This document shows positions 38,851-48,235 of a stretch of 64,000 nucleotides of DNA, piece after piece; positions within the stretch are counted from its first letter, which is position 1, and each line of letters begins with the position of its first letter. The notes beneath the pieces were generated by a model. The model was not told the origin of the DNA. It saw only the letters and a program-made list of their open reading frames with translations, and searched no databases. This DNA is from Fibrobacteria bacterium (GTDB lineage Bacteria > Fibrobacterota > Fibrobacteria > UBA11236), in assembly GCA_043745805.1 (NCBI GenBank), contig JAYTSD010000008.1, positions 128,001 to 192,000 on the forward strand, given 5' to 3'. Both the position numbers and the translations under genes were made by a program.

Positions 38851-40173
38851 ATTAAACTGCAAGATAAAGATTTCGCATTCAAAAAGACTTCTGCGCAAAA
38901 ATCAGTTTCGCGCTCCTCTAATAAATTTTATTGGGGAGTTATTGGCCTCGTGGCAATAGGCTTTGGAATGCGGCAAATTGCGAATATCAAAAAAGTTTGG
39001 ATTCCTGCAGACAAGGTAAGCCTTGCTAGTATGGAAGCCCCCAAATCTCAGCCGGAAAAATCTTTTAAAAAATTATCGATTAGTCCAATTATAAAGAATT
39101 ATCCGTTTCCCGATACCTTTAATGTTGCGGGAAAAAAATATGTGGCGCAATATTGGCAAGACAGCTTAATCAATCGGCGCATTGATGTGTATATGCAACG
39201 CTATCGCCCTGAACATGGAGTCATTGCCGTATGCGATTTAAAAAGTGGGCGCATATTAGGTTTAGGTGAGCGACGCGATGACTTGATCACCCATCAGCCG
39301 CAAATGGCGCTGGGAGGCCGATTTCCTGCTGCCTCTTTAATTAAAATTTTGACTGCCATAGCCGCTTTGGAAAATCAAGCGCAAGAGGTAACCGATAGCA
39401 TACCTCAAATTGGGGCCGCACATACTCTTTATCGAAGTCAAGTTTGCCTGCTTAAACAAAAGCATATCAACAAAATTTCTTTAATGGATGCCTTTGCTAA
39501 ATCGGTGAATCCGGCCTTTGGGATTTTGGGATTATCTGTCGGCTCCAAAATGTTACGAGAGACAGGGGAACGCATGGGATTTAATCAAGAAAGCGCATTC
39601 CCAACCCTAGTGCCAAGCAATTTAATAATTCCGGATTCAGGATTTTCTCTCGCTGAAATGGCTTGCGGCTTTAATCAAATTACTACCATATCTCCTCTTC
39701 ATGCTTTAGAAATAGTACGTGGTGCTGCCGGAAATGGGAAATTACAATCTTGCGAATGGATTCAAAGCTTGCATGATGAAGGAGGAAAACTCGAAAATGA
39801 TTTTTTTGAAAACCGCACCGAATCGCTGCCTTTTATCTCCACCAAAAACTTGCCTAAACTACGAGGACTGATGGAAGCCACTATTGAATTTGGAACCGCG
39901 CGTAAAAGTTTTCATCAAATATTGCACCGCAATCAAATGGATCAATTAGACATTGGCGGAAAAACAGGTTCGCTCGATGGACAAGATCCACCCGGGCGCT
40001 ATGATTGGTTTTTAGGATATGCCAAAGAAAAAAATGCTGAAGAAGGTATTGCTATTTGTATAATGCTAGTGCATCATGAATACAAAGCCGTAAAGGCAAA
40101 TCAATTAGCAGCATTATTAATTCGTGATTGGCTTATTGAAAAAAATAAAGAAAAAGTGATTCGTAAAACTTGA
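38851..40173 (+). CDS. Penicillin-binding transpeptidase-domain protein (no dimerisation domain)
   Basis: SxxK (ASLIK), SVN and KTG motifs. The track starts at GTG 38950, but the frame stays open upstream through a TM anchor to ATT 38851 / CTG 38857. Confidence 0.8.
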   Translation: MKLQDKDFAFKKTSAQKSVSRSSNKFYWGVIGLVAIGFGMRQIANIKKVWIPADKVSLASMEAPKSQPEKSFKKLSISPIIKNYPFPDTFNVAGKKYVAQYWQDSLINRRIDVYMQRYRPEHGVIAVCDLKSGRILGLGERRDDLITHQPQMALGGRFPAASLIKILTAIAALENQAQEVTDSIPQIGAAHTLYRSQVCLLKQKHINKISLMDAFAKSVNPAFGILGLSVGSKMLRETGERMGFNQESAFPTLVPSNLIIPDSGFSLAEMACGFNQITTISPLHALEIVRGAAGNGKLQSCEWIQSLHDEGGKLENDFFENRTESLPFISTKNLPKLRGLMEATIEFGTARKSFHQILHRNQMDQLDIGGKTGSLDGQDPPGRYDWFLGYAKEKNAEEGIAICIMLVHHEYKAVKANQLAALLIRDWLIEKNKEKVIRKT

Positions 40174-40185
40174 AAATTTCGCATT

Positions 40186-41283
40186 ATGGCTAGAAAAAAA
40201 GTCGCTCTCATTTTAAGCGGTGGCGGTGCTCGAGGTGCTTATCAAGTAGGCATTTTAAGCGCATGGAAAGACATATTCCGACGTAACGGTAACATTGAAG
40301 TGATTTGTGGCGTTTCCGCAGGCTCAATAAATGCGGTACGCTTAATGCAAAGCGCTCCCAATTATTTACGCGGGGTAGAATCTTTAGAAGATTTATGGCT
40401 AAACCTTACAACCGATCAAGTTTTTGAATCCGATTTTAAAGCCGTAATAAAAAACTTAATGCGGCTTCTTCAATCTTCTAGGCATCGCCGACCAGGCCAA
40501 GGTGATACCATTATTAATGCCATGTTAAGTACCGCACCCTTACATAATTTTTTACGTAATAATTTAGATATGGGTCAGGTACAACAAAGGTTACGTACCT
40601 TACCGGATCATAGCCTAGCTATTAATTGTTTTGATTATACCGATATGAAAAACGTTACTTTTTATCAAACGAGACAAAGTTGTCCCTCTTGGGAAAGGCC
40701 AACGGTGCGAGGTGTACGTACTTCACTCACAACCGAACATATTATGGCCTCGTGTGCCGTGCCGTTAATTTTCCCGCCTATTATCATGGACGGTCACTAT
40801 TATGGCGACGGTTCTTTGCGCAATATGACACCCTTAAATGCCGCTATTCGTTTGGGAGCGGAAAGAATTATCAATATCAATTTACGTGGCGAACCCTATC
40901 AACGTGGGGTGAATGCACCCCCCACATTGGGCCGCATTGCCGCGACCATGTTAGACTCTATGTTTTTAGATGCAGTTGAAATCGATGCCCAATTTATGAA
41001 TCGTATTAATATGCTAGCCATGCGTGTTCCAGAAAATGAACGGGACGTAAAAATTATTGATTTATGTCGTGTGGGACCCATGATCGATTTCAGCCAAATT
41101 GCGAGCAAATATCGCAATCGTTTTCCACGCACTTTAAGGTATTTATTAGGAGGTTGGATATCCTCCGAAATGCTTAGTTTTTTACTTTTTGATGGCGGTT
41201 ATGCACAAGAGCTAATGGAATGTGGCCGTAAAGACGGCGAACTATTCCATGACTTAATTGAAGAATGGCTTTTAGAAAACTAA
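40186..41283 (+). CDS. Patatin-like phospholipase
   Basis: SGGGARG, GVSAG and DGS motifs. Confidence 0.9.
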   Translation: MARKKVALILSGGGARGAYQVGILSAWKDIFRRNGNIEVICGVSAGSINAVRLMQSAPNYLRGVESLEDLWLNLTTDQVFESDFKAVIKNLMRLLQSSRHRRPGQGDTIINAMLSTAPLHNFLRNNLDMGQVQQRLRTLPDHSLAINCFDYTDMKNVTFYQTRQSCPSWERPTVRGVRTSLTTEHIMASCAVPLIFPPIIMDGHYYGDGSLRNMTPLNAAIRLGAERIININLRGEPYQRGVNAPPTLGRIAATMLDSMFLDAVEIDAQFMNRINMLAMRVPENERDVKIIDLCRVGPMIDFSQIASKYRNRFPRTLRYLLGGWISSEMLSFLLFDGGYAQELMECGRKDGELFHDLIEEWLLEN

Positions 41284-41304
41284 TGTCCTTAGGTTAATGC
41301 AGAG

Positions 41305-42096
41305 TTATTCTGCATTTTCCGAATCTTCTTCTCCGTTTTCCAAATTCCCCTTTTGCGAAGTAATACTAATTGCTCCCAACGAAATGGATAAAGCGGCACC
41401 GGTAAATCCATGCTTATCTTCCCAACCAAAATTTTGACTAGGTCGCAAAGCCACACTGATGTAGGATTTATTTTTTCCCATCACATAATATTCAAAACCA
41501 ATTAGACCTCGAAATTGATCTTCAGGAACATTTGAGAAGGCCGATTCTTTACCTTTATCATTCGTATGTGTACCATCAAATGCCATAAACTCACCACCCA
41601 AAACCAAATTGAATTTAGGGTGTACTAATATCTGTACGGAACCACCCACTTCATATACAAATGACTTTGCTACATATACACTTGATTTTGAACTAGTAGC
41701 ACTAAAATAATTAGCGCTTCCGTAAGTTACTAAGCGGGTTGAATTTTTAATAAATCGTGGAGTAGCTAATTTAGTGGAAACACCACCTTGCCACATAAAC
41801 CCCGATTCAAAACGTTGAATGTTTGGCTTGGATTCGCTTGTTTTTTGAATATCATTGTCAAACGTACCGCCACCGCCAAAAACCCCTAATTGCAAATACT
41901 GCAACGGAGCATAATCAAGATTAACTCCAGTAGTATTTAAAAAAGACGGCACATTTTCTGCAAATACATTTTGTCCCGATTGCTCAAGATAAACTCCCAA
42001 AGCCATTTGATTAGGACCAAATTCAGTCATAGGAGAGCCAGGTGGATAGGCTTCCACTGTTAATGCGAGAAGTAGTAAACTTGCTATACGCTTCAT
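41305..42096 (-). CDS. Outer-membrane beta-barrel-like hypothetical protein
   Basis: Signal peptide MKRIASLLLLALTVEA and amphipathic beta strands; directly downstream of the Ig-like gene. Confidence 0.65.
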   Translation of the reverse strand: MKRIASLLLLALTVEAYPPGSPMTEFGPNQMALGVYLEQSGQNVFAENVPSFLNTTGVNLDYAPLQYLQLGVFGGGGTFDNDIQKTSESKPNIQRFESGFMWQGGVSTKLATPRFIKNSTRLVTYGSANYFSATSSKSSVYVAKSFVYEVGGSVQILVHPKFNLVLGGEFMAFDGTHTNDKGKESAFSNVPEDQFRGLIGFEYYVMGKNKSYISVALRPSQNFGWEDKHGFTGAALSISLGAISITSQKGNLENGEEDSENAE

Positions 42097-42097
42097 A

Positions 42098-44647
42098 CTA
42101 CTTTCCTCCATCGAGGATAACGGGTAGATTGAAGTCTTCTTGTGCTTTTATTCCATTAGCCTCGGCAGAAATACGGACATCAATTATCCAAGCTTGACTT
42201 TTTACATATTTTATTTTGTTTACTGCTTTACCACCTTCGGTAACTACCTGTTTAGCTATACCCACAGCCACATCTCCTGGAAAAGGCTTATTGTTTGGTG
42301 TTTCTTTATGGTACTTAAACTCAATCAATACTCCATTTGAATCATAGGTTCCTGGACACTCACATTTTCCATTCTTATTCAGATCATGATAATTTTCTAC
42401 GGAATCCCATTGATTATTTCCATTTATTTCTACATGTTTTTGCATGTAATACTGTACTCCTTTTGTGGTATCTCCACCATAATAATACGGGACGAGATAT
42501 CTTTCTTCAACTGCGTCTCCGCTATCTCGCGTCCCATTTCCATTTATGTCATCTTCTTCAGTAAACTCAATGCTCGCATTAACGTAACCATTACCATCAA
42601 TATCCTCTCCGCGTAATGGCAGTTTTACACCTAGATTATTCGCCTTTGGACTTTGCTCCTCATTATCATCCAACTTTCCATTATTATTATAATCGGTCCA
42701 TCTGAATTTATGTATTAAGGAGTCTGTTTTCCGCTTCTCGTAGTAATAGTTATAAGCGGGATCGGTTCCGCTATAATAGTCCTTAAACATTATTGGCGTT
42801 ACGCTAAAGTTAACCGGCGTTCCATCGGCTACTAAGTTCCCGTTCACATCGGTAACAATTGCGCTAACAGGCAAGGCAAATGTACCATCATTAGGATTTT
42901 CGCCTTTTTGAGTATCGTGGCCTACGCTTAATCTAGCTGCTGGACCAGAAAAAGTAAGCGATACTGTATCTGAAGAAGCGATAACTAATGGCGTTGGACC
43001 TGAGTTGTCCAAAGCAACTGCGGCAACACGTACACTTTGAAAGAAGCTTGTAACCGAACCCGCAAAAATGCTCGACTGAGCAAAACCTTGTTTGGTGTAG
43101 TCGATTGCGGGTTTGATGAGCTCATCCCCTCCACCAGCGCCCTTTACTAATATAAAGCCGATTAGCACATCATCCATCACATTGTCTTCTTTGTCAAAAG
43201 CTTGGGCAATAAGTTTCGCTTCTCCTACTTTCACAGGAATATTATCAGGTGTTACTCGCATCACAAGTCGGCTCACTTTTTGAGCAGTAACCTGCACATC
43301 AACACTTCCGCTGGCCAAAAGTTTTCCATTTAGTTTAGCTTCAACATTCACCGTCGCAATGCCGGTTCCTTTAGAGGATTTCAAAGTAACTGTACTACTC
43401 CCATTGGCGCCCGTAACCGAAAATGGAGTTCCTACTATTGTTCCAAAGGTGGTGGTCCACTTTAAATCTGCGCCTGAGATTGGAGCATTATTTGCATTTT
43501 TTAAACTAACAGATACTTGAGTTGTGCTTACCCCATCTCCAACTATAGAGCTATTCACCGCTGAAACAGAAATTTGGTCGCTTGAGAAGGTGATAGTTTG
43601 GCTTGCATCGGCACCCAGTGCCAGTGCAGTAATCACTACATCTTTAGCTGTCTTAGAGGTCACATAGGTTTTATACTGGCCTTTAGTATCAGTAGCAATC
43701 AAAGTATTGTTTAAGCTTTTTTCCGCGAATCCTCCATCAGCACCAGTTACGGAAATAGCAATAGAGTCTCCGGAAATAATGACACCATTGGCATCAGCCA
43801 ATTCAAAAGTCACCGAGTCACGACTTCCTTGTATCAGAACATTTTTTTGAGGGTTAATCGTTAATTTGATTCCACTGAAGGTTACCTGCTGACGAGAGCT
43901 TAAATCCTGTCCCACAACCGTGGCAACAACCGTAACGGTTTTATTTGCACGCTCTGAAATCAAAATGGCTTTAGCTTTTCCGCCTTCATCCGTCACATCA
44001 GACGCTGTTACTAAACCACCGGTCGCAGTAAACTTTATTTTTTCTCCGGACATGGGATTATTATTTTCATCTTTTAACAGCACAAGCATAGTTGCGGAAT
44101 CATTGCCATCTGCTTTTAAAGTGCTCCGTAAAGCGGTGAAGTACAAATTACGCGTATGCTGGGGAGGCAGTGGAATTGAAGTGCTATCATTTGCCGTAAT
44201 AGTCAGCGATAAAACGCGCTCCACCAACGCGGCAGTACGAACACGTATTTGTATACTACCGGTTCCGGGAATACCTGCTTTCATACGAAAACTAATAGAC
44301 CCACTTGAAATAGTATCCGGTGATTTAAGCGTTTCACTGCCTGTGGCCGCGTAAAGCGAAAAGTTGCCGCTATAGGCAGAAACATAGGCATAGGAAAGAA
44401 AGGCATCAGTTGCAGAATCCTTAAAGGAAATAGTGATCAGTGAAGAGGTATCTCCTACACGAATTTCCGAAACACTTTTTTCGGCTTTGATTTTGGGAAT
44501 AGTTTTTACAGTTTCAATTATAGGGGGCTTCTCTGGTATAATAACATTATCAATTGCATTACCTGGCTTACAATTCGTGAACATAAATGAAAAGATAAGG
44601 CCCATGATAACTATATAGCCCATTTTAATTTGCTTAAACCATTGCAT
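42098..44647 (-). CDS. Ig-like (Big_1, invasin/intimin-type) repeat lipoprotein with Ca-binding loops
   Basis: Lipobox-like FTNC; repeated ADG..D.N.NP..G..F and TD..G.A patterns; several DxNxNG loops; AGGAGA SD. Confidence 0.78.
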   Translation of the reverse strand: MQWFKQIKMGYIVIMGLIFSFMFTNCKPGNAIDNVIIPEKPPIIETVKTIPKIKAEKSVSEIRVGDTSSLITISFKDSATDAFLSYAYVSAYSGNFSLYAATGSETLKSPDTISSGSISFRMKAGIPGTGSIQIRVRTAALVERVLSLTITANDSTSIPLPPQHTRNLYFTALRSTLKADGNDSATMLVLLKDENNNPMSGEKIKFTATGGLVTASDVTDEGGKAKAILISERANKTVTVVATVVGQDLSSRQQVTFSGIKLTINPQKNVLIQGSRDSVTFELADANGVIISGDSIAISVTGADGGFAEKSLNNTLIATDTKGQYKTYVTSKTAKDVVITALALGADASQTITFSSDQISVSAVNSSIVGDGVSTTQVSVSLKNANNAPISGADLKWTTTFGTIVGTPFSVTGANGSSTVTLKSSKGTGIATVNVEAKLNGKLLASGSVDVQVTAQKVSRLVMRVTPDNIPVKVGEAKLIAQAFDKEDNVMDDVLIGFILVKGAGGGDELIKPAIDYTKQGFAQSSIFAGSVTSFFQSVRVAAVALDNSGPTPLVIASSDTVSLTFSGPAARLSVGHDTQKGENPNDGTFALPVSAIVTDVNGNLVADGTPVNFSVTPIMFKDYYSGTDPAYNYYYEKRKTDSLIHKFRWTDYNNNGKLDDNEEQSPKANNLGVKLPLRGEDIDGNGYVNASIEFTEEDDINGNGTRDSGDAVEERYLVPYYYGGDTTKGVQYYMQKHVEINGNNQWDSVENYHDLNKNGKCECPGTYDSNGVLIEFKYHKETPNNKPFPGDVAVGIAKQVVTEGGKAVNKIKYVKSQAWIIDVRISAEANGIKAQEDFNLPVILDGGK

Positions 44648-44758
44648 CAAATTCTCCTTGATCAAACGAGCACCTCTACGGCACTACTCGAAAAAAACTA
44701 AAACAATTATATATCTATTTTCGTCCGCTTTCAGGTTTTTTTTAATCAGACTTTCAAA

Positions 44759-44787
44759 TTGACTAACCCTAAACGATGAATTACTTT
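44759..44787 (+). promoter_or_regulatory. Putative sigma70 promoter of tRNA-Ser
   Basis: TTGACT-17 nt-TACTTT, ending 11 nt before the tRNA. Confidence 0.5.
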
Positions 44788-44798
44788 AACGCCCTATT

Positions 44799-44882
44799 GG
44801 AGGGTTAGGCTAACGGTAAGTCAGCGGTCTTGAAAACCGCCGCCCAAAAGGCTTGGGGGTTCAAATCCCTCACCCTCCGCCA
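44799..44882 (+). tRNA. tRNA-Ser(TGA)
   Basis: Acceptor stem GGAGGGT/ACCCTCC, anticodon arm GCGGT-CT TGA AA-ACCGC, long variable arm, TTCAAAT T-loop, discriminator G and encoded CCA. Confidence 0.96.
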
Positions 44883-45081
44883 CTTTCTCCCTCACTCTCC
44901 ATTCCTGCTTTATTATCCTACACACATTTTCAATGGTTTATTTTATTCCGCAATTTGTTAAAAGCTAACCCTATCTAACTTTGATTATCCAACTTTGAAA
45001 TAGCTTTTGGTTTATTGTTGACAATTAATTTTTATGTTTCTTGAGGGCATATTGCATTGAATATCAAATAAGGAGAGGTGA

Positions 45082-46167
45082 ATGACACAGAAAATTGGAG
45101 TTATTGGCGCAGGATGGATGGCAGCGTATCATGTTAACGGTTTCCGTAGTGCTGGAGCCGAAGTGGTGGCCATAGCCGACAATAATGGCGAGGCTGCCAA
45201 GCAAGCCGCAAAAAAATATGGTGTGGAGAAATCCTTTGGCAGCATCAAAGAGATGTATGAATCCATTAAAGATTTGGATGCAGTTTCTATCATCACTCCC
45301 AATGCATTCCACTATCCCTTAGCGTCGGAAGCACTTAGCCTCGGCAAACATGTTTTCTGCGAAAAGCCGCCGGCTTTGAATGCCAAAGATGTTGCCGACA
45401 TGACACAAATTGCCAAGAAAAATGGCAAAACCTTAATGTTCAATTTTAATAATCGTGCCCGTCCAGAAGCTTATGCTATTCGTGAATATATTAAAGCCGG
45501 AACTATTGGCCGTATTAATTCTGCGCAAGCCGCATGGGTACGCCGCAATGGTATTCCGGGTTTTGGAGGCTGGTTCACCAATCAAAAATTATCTGGTGGC
45601 GGCCCTTTAATTGATCTTTTGCATATGATTGATTTGGCACTTCACTTTATGGATTATCCCGAGCCCGCCTTTGTTATGGCGCAAACTTTTAATGACTTAA
45701 TCAGTAATCCAGAATTTAAAGGGCCTTGGGGTATTCCCGATGTTAAGGGAGGCGTAACCGATGTGGAGGCTTCTGCGCATGGTTTTATCACATTTAAAAC
45801 TGGACAAGTGCTTTCCATTCGCAATGCTTGGGCTGAAATGAACAAGCGCGAAGAAGTTTCCGTAGTTTTTCAAGGGCAAAAAGCCGGTGGTATGGTGCAA
45901 AGACTTTTCCGCTTAGATGGAATAGACTCTACCTCCATTGATACTTGTGAGTTATACACTCAAGAACATGGACGTCCGGTAAATCGCAGCGTGATTGTGG
46001 AAGCCGATGAAGCCATGGGCCGTGAGCGTTCTGCTAAAAACTTTGCCTTAACTTTAGCAGGAATGGAAGCACCTTTGAATATTCCTGACGAAGCAGTAAA
46101 GTTAATGAAGATTATTGACGGTATTTATGCGTCTGCAAAAACTGGTAAGCCCGTTGAAATTGTTTAA
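45082..46167 (+). CDS. Gfo/Idh/MocA-family oxidoreductase
   Basis: IGVIGAG, TPNAFH, HVFCEKP and GGGPLIDL.H motifs. Confidence 0.92.
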   Translation: MTQKIGVIGAGWMAAYHVNGFRSAGAEVVAIADNNGEAAKQAAKKYGVEKSFGSIKEMYESIKDLDAVSIITPNAFHYPLASEALSLGKHVFCEKPPALNAKDVADMTQIAKKNGKTLMFNFNNRARPEAYAIREYIKAGTIGRINSAQAAWVRRNGIPGFGGWFTNQKLSGGGPLIDLLHMIDLALHFMDYPEPAFVMAQTFNDLISNPEFKGPWGIPDVKGGVTDVEASAHGFITFKTGQVLSIRNAWAEMNKREEVSVVFQGQKAGGMVQRLFRLDGIDSTSIDTCELYTQEHGRPVNRSVIVEADEAMGRERSAKNFALTLAGMEAPLNIPDEAVKLMKIIDGIYASAKTGKPVEIV

Positions 46168-46212
46168 TGTAAAATTGATTATAAGTTAGACCTTCATTTG
46201 GGGGAATGTTTC

Positions 46213-46989
46213 TTAGGTTAAAAAACCTGATATTCCCCTGAACTCTAATTGAAAATCATTATCCGAAGATTGCTTCACAGTTTTACCTAAAGCAAAAATA
46301 CTTATTTCTTCTGCCCCATTTTTTAATAACTCTTCTGCACATAATACGGCGGTAGATCCCGTAGTAAAAATATCGTCGATCAATAAAATTTTTTGATTTT
46401 TTAAATTACTTCCGGAAAATACTTTGAAAGCAGACTTTAGATTTTTACTGCGCAGTAGAGATCCCAAATGGGTTTGCGTATTCGTATAACGTATTCGCTT
46501 CAAGAATTTATTTTGAATAGTGACGCCAGTTGCATGGGATATTTCTTTCGCGATTTCAAAACTTTGATTATAACCTCTTTCTCGTAAACGCAATGGATGA
46601 ATTGGAATAGGGACTAATGCCGAATACTTTTTGAGACTCTCTAAAAGATCAGGTCGAAACCGTATAAACTGGCTGAGAAAACGAAGATCACGTTTACGAT
46701 TTTGATATTTAAATCCATGGCTTAATGTAGTGAACTGTGGATTAACTTGAAATAAAAAGTGCGCGCGCATTAATTGCGGCTTCCAATCAATATGTAATCC
46801 ATCACAATTATTCTCACCGCAAAGTGAACAAATGGGAATTTTAAAACGCTTTAATTTGCGAATACAGGATAAGCATAAAGGCAACTTTTGAAAACGTTTT
46901 TGATCACAATGCGAACATAAGGGCGGCAAAAAAACATTGGCCACCCCCGTTAATCCCACATGAAGTGTTCGACTAAATATTTTCTCCAT
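46213..46989 (-). CDS. comF: ComF-family protein (zinc ribbon plus PRTase)
   Basis: CxxC pairs, RGYNQS and DDIFTTGST motifs. Confidence 0.88.
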   Translation of the reverse strand: MEKIFSRTLHVGLTGVANVFLPPLCSHCDQKRFQKLPLCLSCIRKLKRFKIPICSLCGENNCDGLHIDWKPQLMRAHFLFQVNPQFTTLSHGFKYQNRKRDLRFLSQFIRFRPDLLESLKKYSALVPIPIHPLRLRERGYNQSFEIAKEISHATGVTIQNKFLKRIRYTNTQTHLGSLLRSKNLKSAFKVFSGSNLKNQKILLIDDIFTTGSTAVLCAEELLKNGAEEISIFALGKTVKQSSDNDFQLEFRGISGFLT

Positions 46990-48235
46990 GTGCCCGCAAG
47001 TTTAAGATGATTCCAATCATAATCAAACAGGAAATCATAAATGACCCGCCATATGAAAAGAAAGGCAATGGCAAACCCGTAACCGGCATGAGACCAATGG
47101 TCATGGATACATTCACAAAAATATGAAAGCACAAAATTGCTGCTACACCTACGGCTACAAAATTAACAAAGCGATTTCTTACATCTACGCATACTTTTAG
47201 AATACGTAGAATTAAAAAAAAGTAAAGCGTTAAAACAAAAGCACAGCCAATAAAGCCAAATTGCTCACCGAGTACTGAAAAAATAAAATCGGTATGTTCT
47301 TCTGGTAAAAAGCTTAAATTGGTTTGCGTTCCATGTAAAAAGCCTTTACCCATAACCCGTCCCGATCCAATAGCTACCTTACTTTGCAAAACTTGATAGC
47401 CTGCACCTAAAGGGTCGCTCAAAGGATTCATAAAGGTTAATATCCGCGATCTCTGATGATCGTATAAAATTTTATTCCATGTATATATGGCACCGTAACC
47501 TGCACCAATATTTAAAAACAAAATACTGATACCGTATTTTAAGGGCATGCGATTATACAACATAATCGCAATAATTATCACAAACATTAATGCCCAAGCC
47601 AGCTGGTGAAAAGTCAATGCCACAGAAAGTAATGGGGAGGCTAATAAAAATATTTCATGCAACTTTAGGCCGGCCCAATAACACATAAAAACCGTCATCG
47701 CAACAAAGGAAAGCGCGGTACTCAAATTGGGCTGACGTAACACCAAAATAAAAGCCGGAATAAATAAGGCCACCGGCGGCAACAAAGTTTTCAGTTTATA
47801 AAATGAAATCGGTTGAAAGGAAAGTAGCCTAGCCATGGCTAATAAAAATGCCACCTTGGTTAATTCCGAAGGTTGCAAATTAAAGCCTCCTGGCAAAGCA
47901 ATCCAACGCTCCACAGAATTACCCTTAAAAATAATGATGTATAAAAGTGGAAATAGCGAAATAAAATAGGCCGGATAAGCAGCCGCATAAAAAACTCGAG
48001 AGGGAATAAGATAAATTCCCCAAATAGCCACCATGCCTAAGGCCACATAAGCAATTTGTTTTATCCATTGTTTTCCGGGTGCATCGAAGGTAGCCGAATA
48101 CACCATACTCAAACCAATGGCAATTATGCAAAAAACATTGAACAACAATAACCAATCAAAGGACTGGCTGTTTTTGTCCGACCATTTGCCTTTGGAAGTA
48201 ATGCTTGAAAACTTCTCCCGCAATAGGTGCTGCAA
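46973..48235 (-). CDS. rodA: Rod shape-determining SEDS protein RodA
   Basis: QPSE..K, QPNLST, DPLGAGYQ..QS..AIGSG, PEEHTDFIF and LPFFSYGGS motifs. Start uncertain (see finding). Confidence 0.93.
   Translation of the reverse strand: MQHLLREKFSSITSKGKWSDKNSQSFDWLLLFNVFCIIAIGLSMVYSATFDAPGKQWIKQIAYVALGMVAIWGIYLIPSRVFYAAAYPAYFISLFPLLYIIIFKGNSVERWIALPGGFNLQPSELTKVAFLLAMARLLSFQPISFYKLKTLLPPVALFIPAFILVLRQPNLSTALSFVAMTVFMCYWAGLKLHEIFLLASPLLSVALTFHQLAWALMFVIIIAIMLYNRMPLKYGISILFLNIGAGYGAIYTWNKILYDHQRSRILTFMNPLSDPLGAGYQVLQSKVAIGSGRVMGKGFLHGTQTNLSFLPEEHTDFIFSVLGEQFGFIGCAFVLTLYFFLILRILKVCVDVRNRFVNFVAVGVAAILCFHIFVNVSMTIGLMPVTGLPLPFFSYGGSFMISCLIMIGIILNLRAHGENI

Noticed and set aside
41305-44882. Genomic island integrated at tRNA-Ser
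   Set aside because: No integrase, no duplicated tRNA 3' end noticed, and the Ig-like genes lie on the 5' side of the tRNA.
45012-45028. Near-palindrome ATTGTTGACAAT upstream of the Gfo/Idh/MocA gene
   Set aside because: It could be an operator or a -35 box, but there is no correctly spaced -10 and no cognate regulator nearby.
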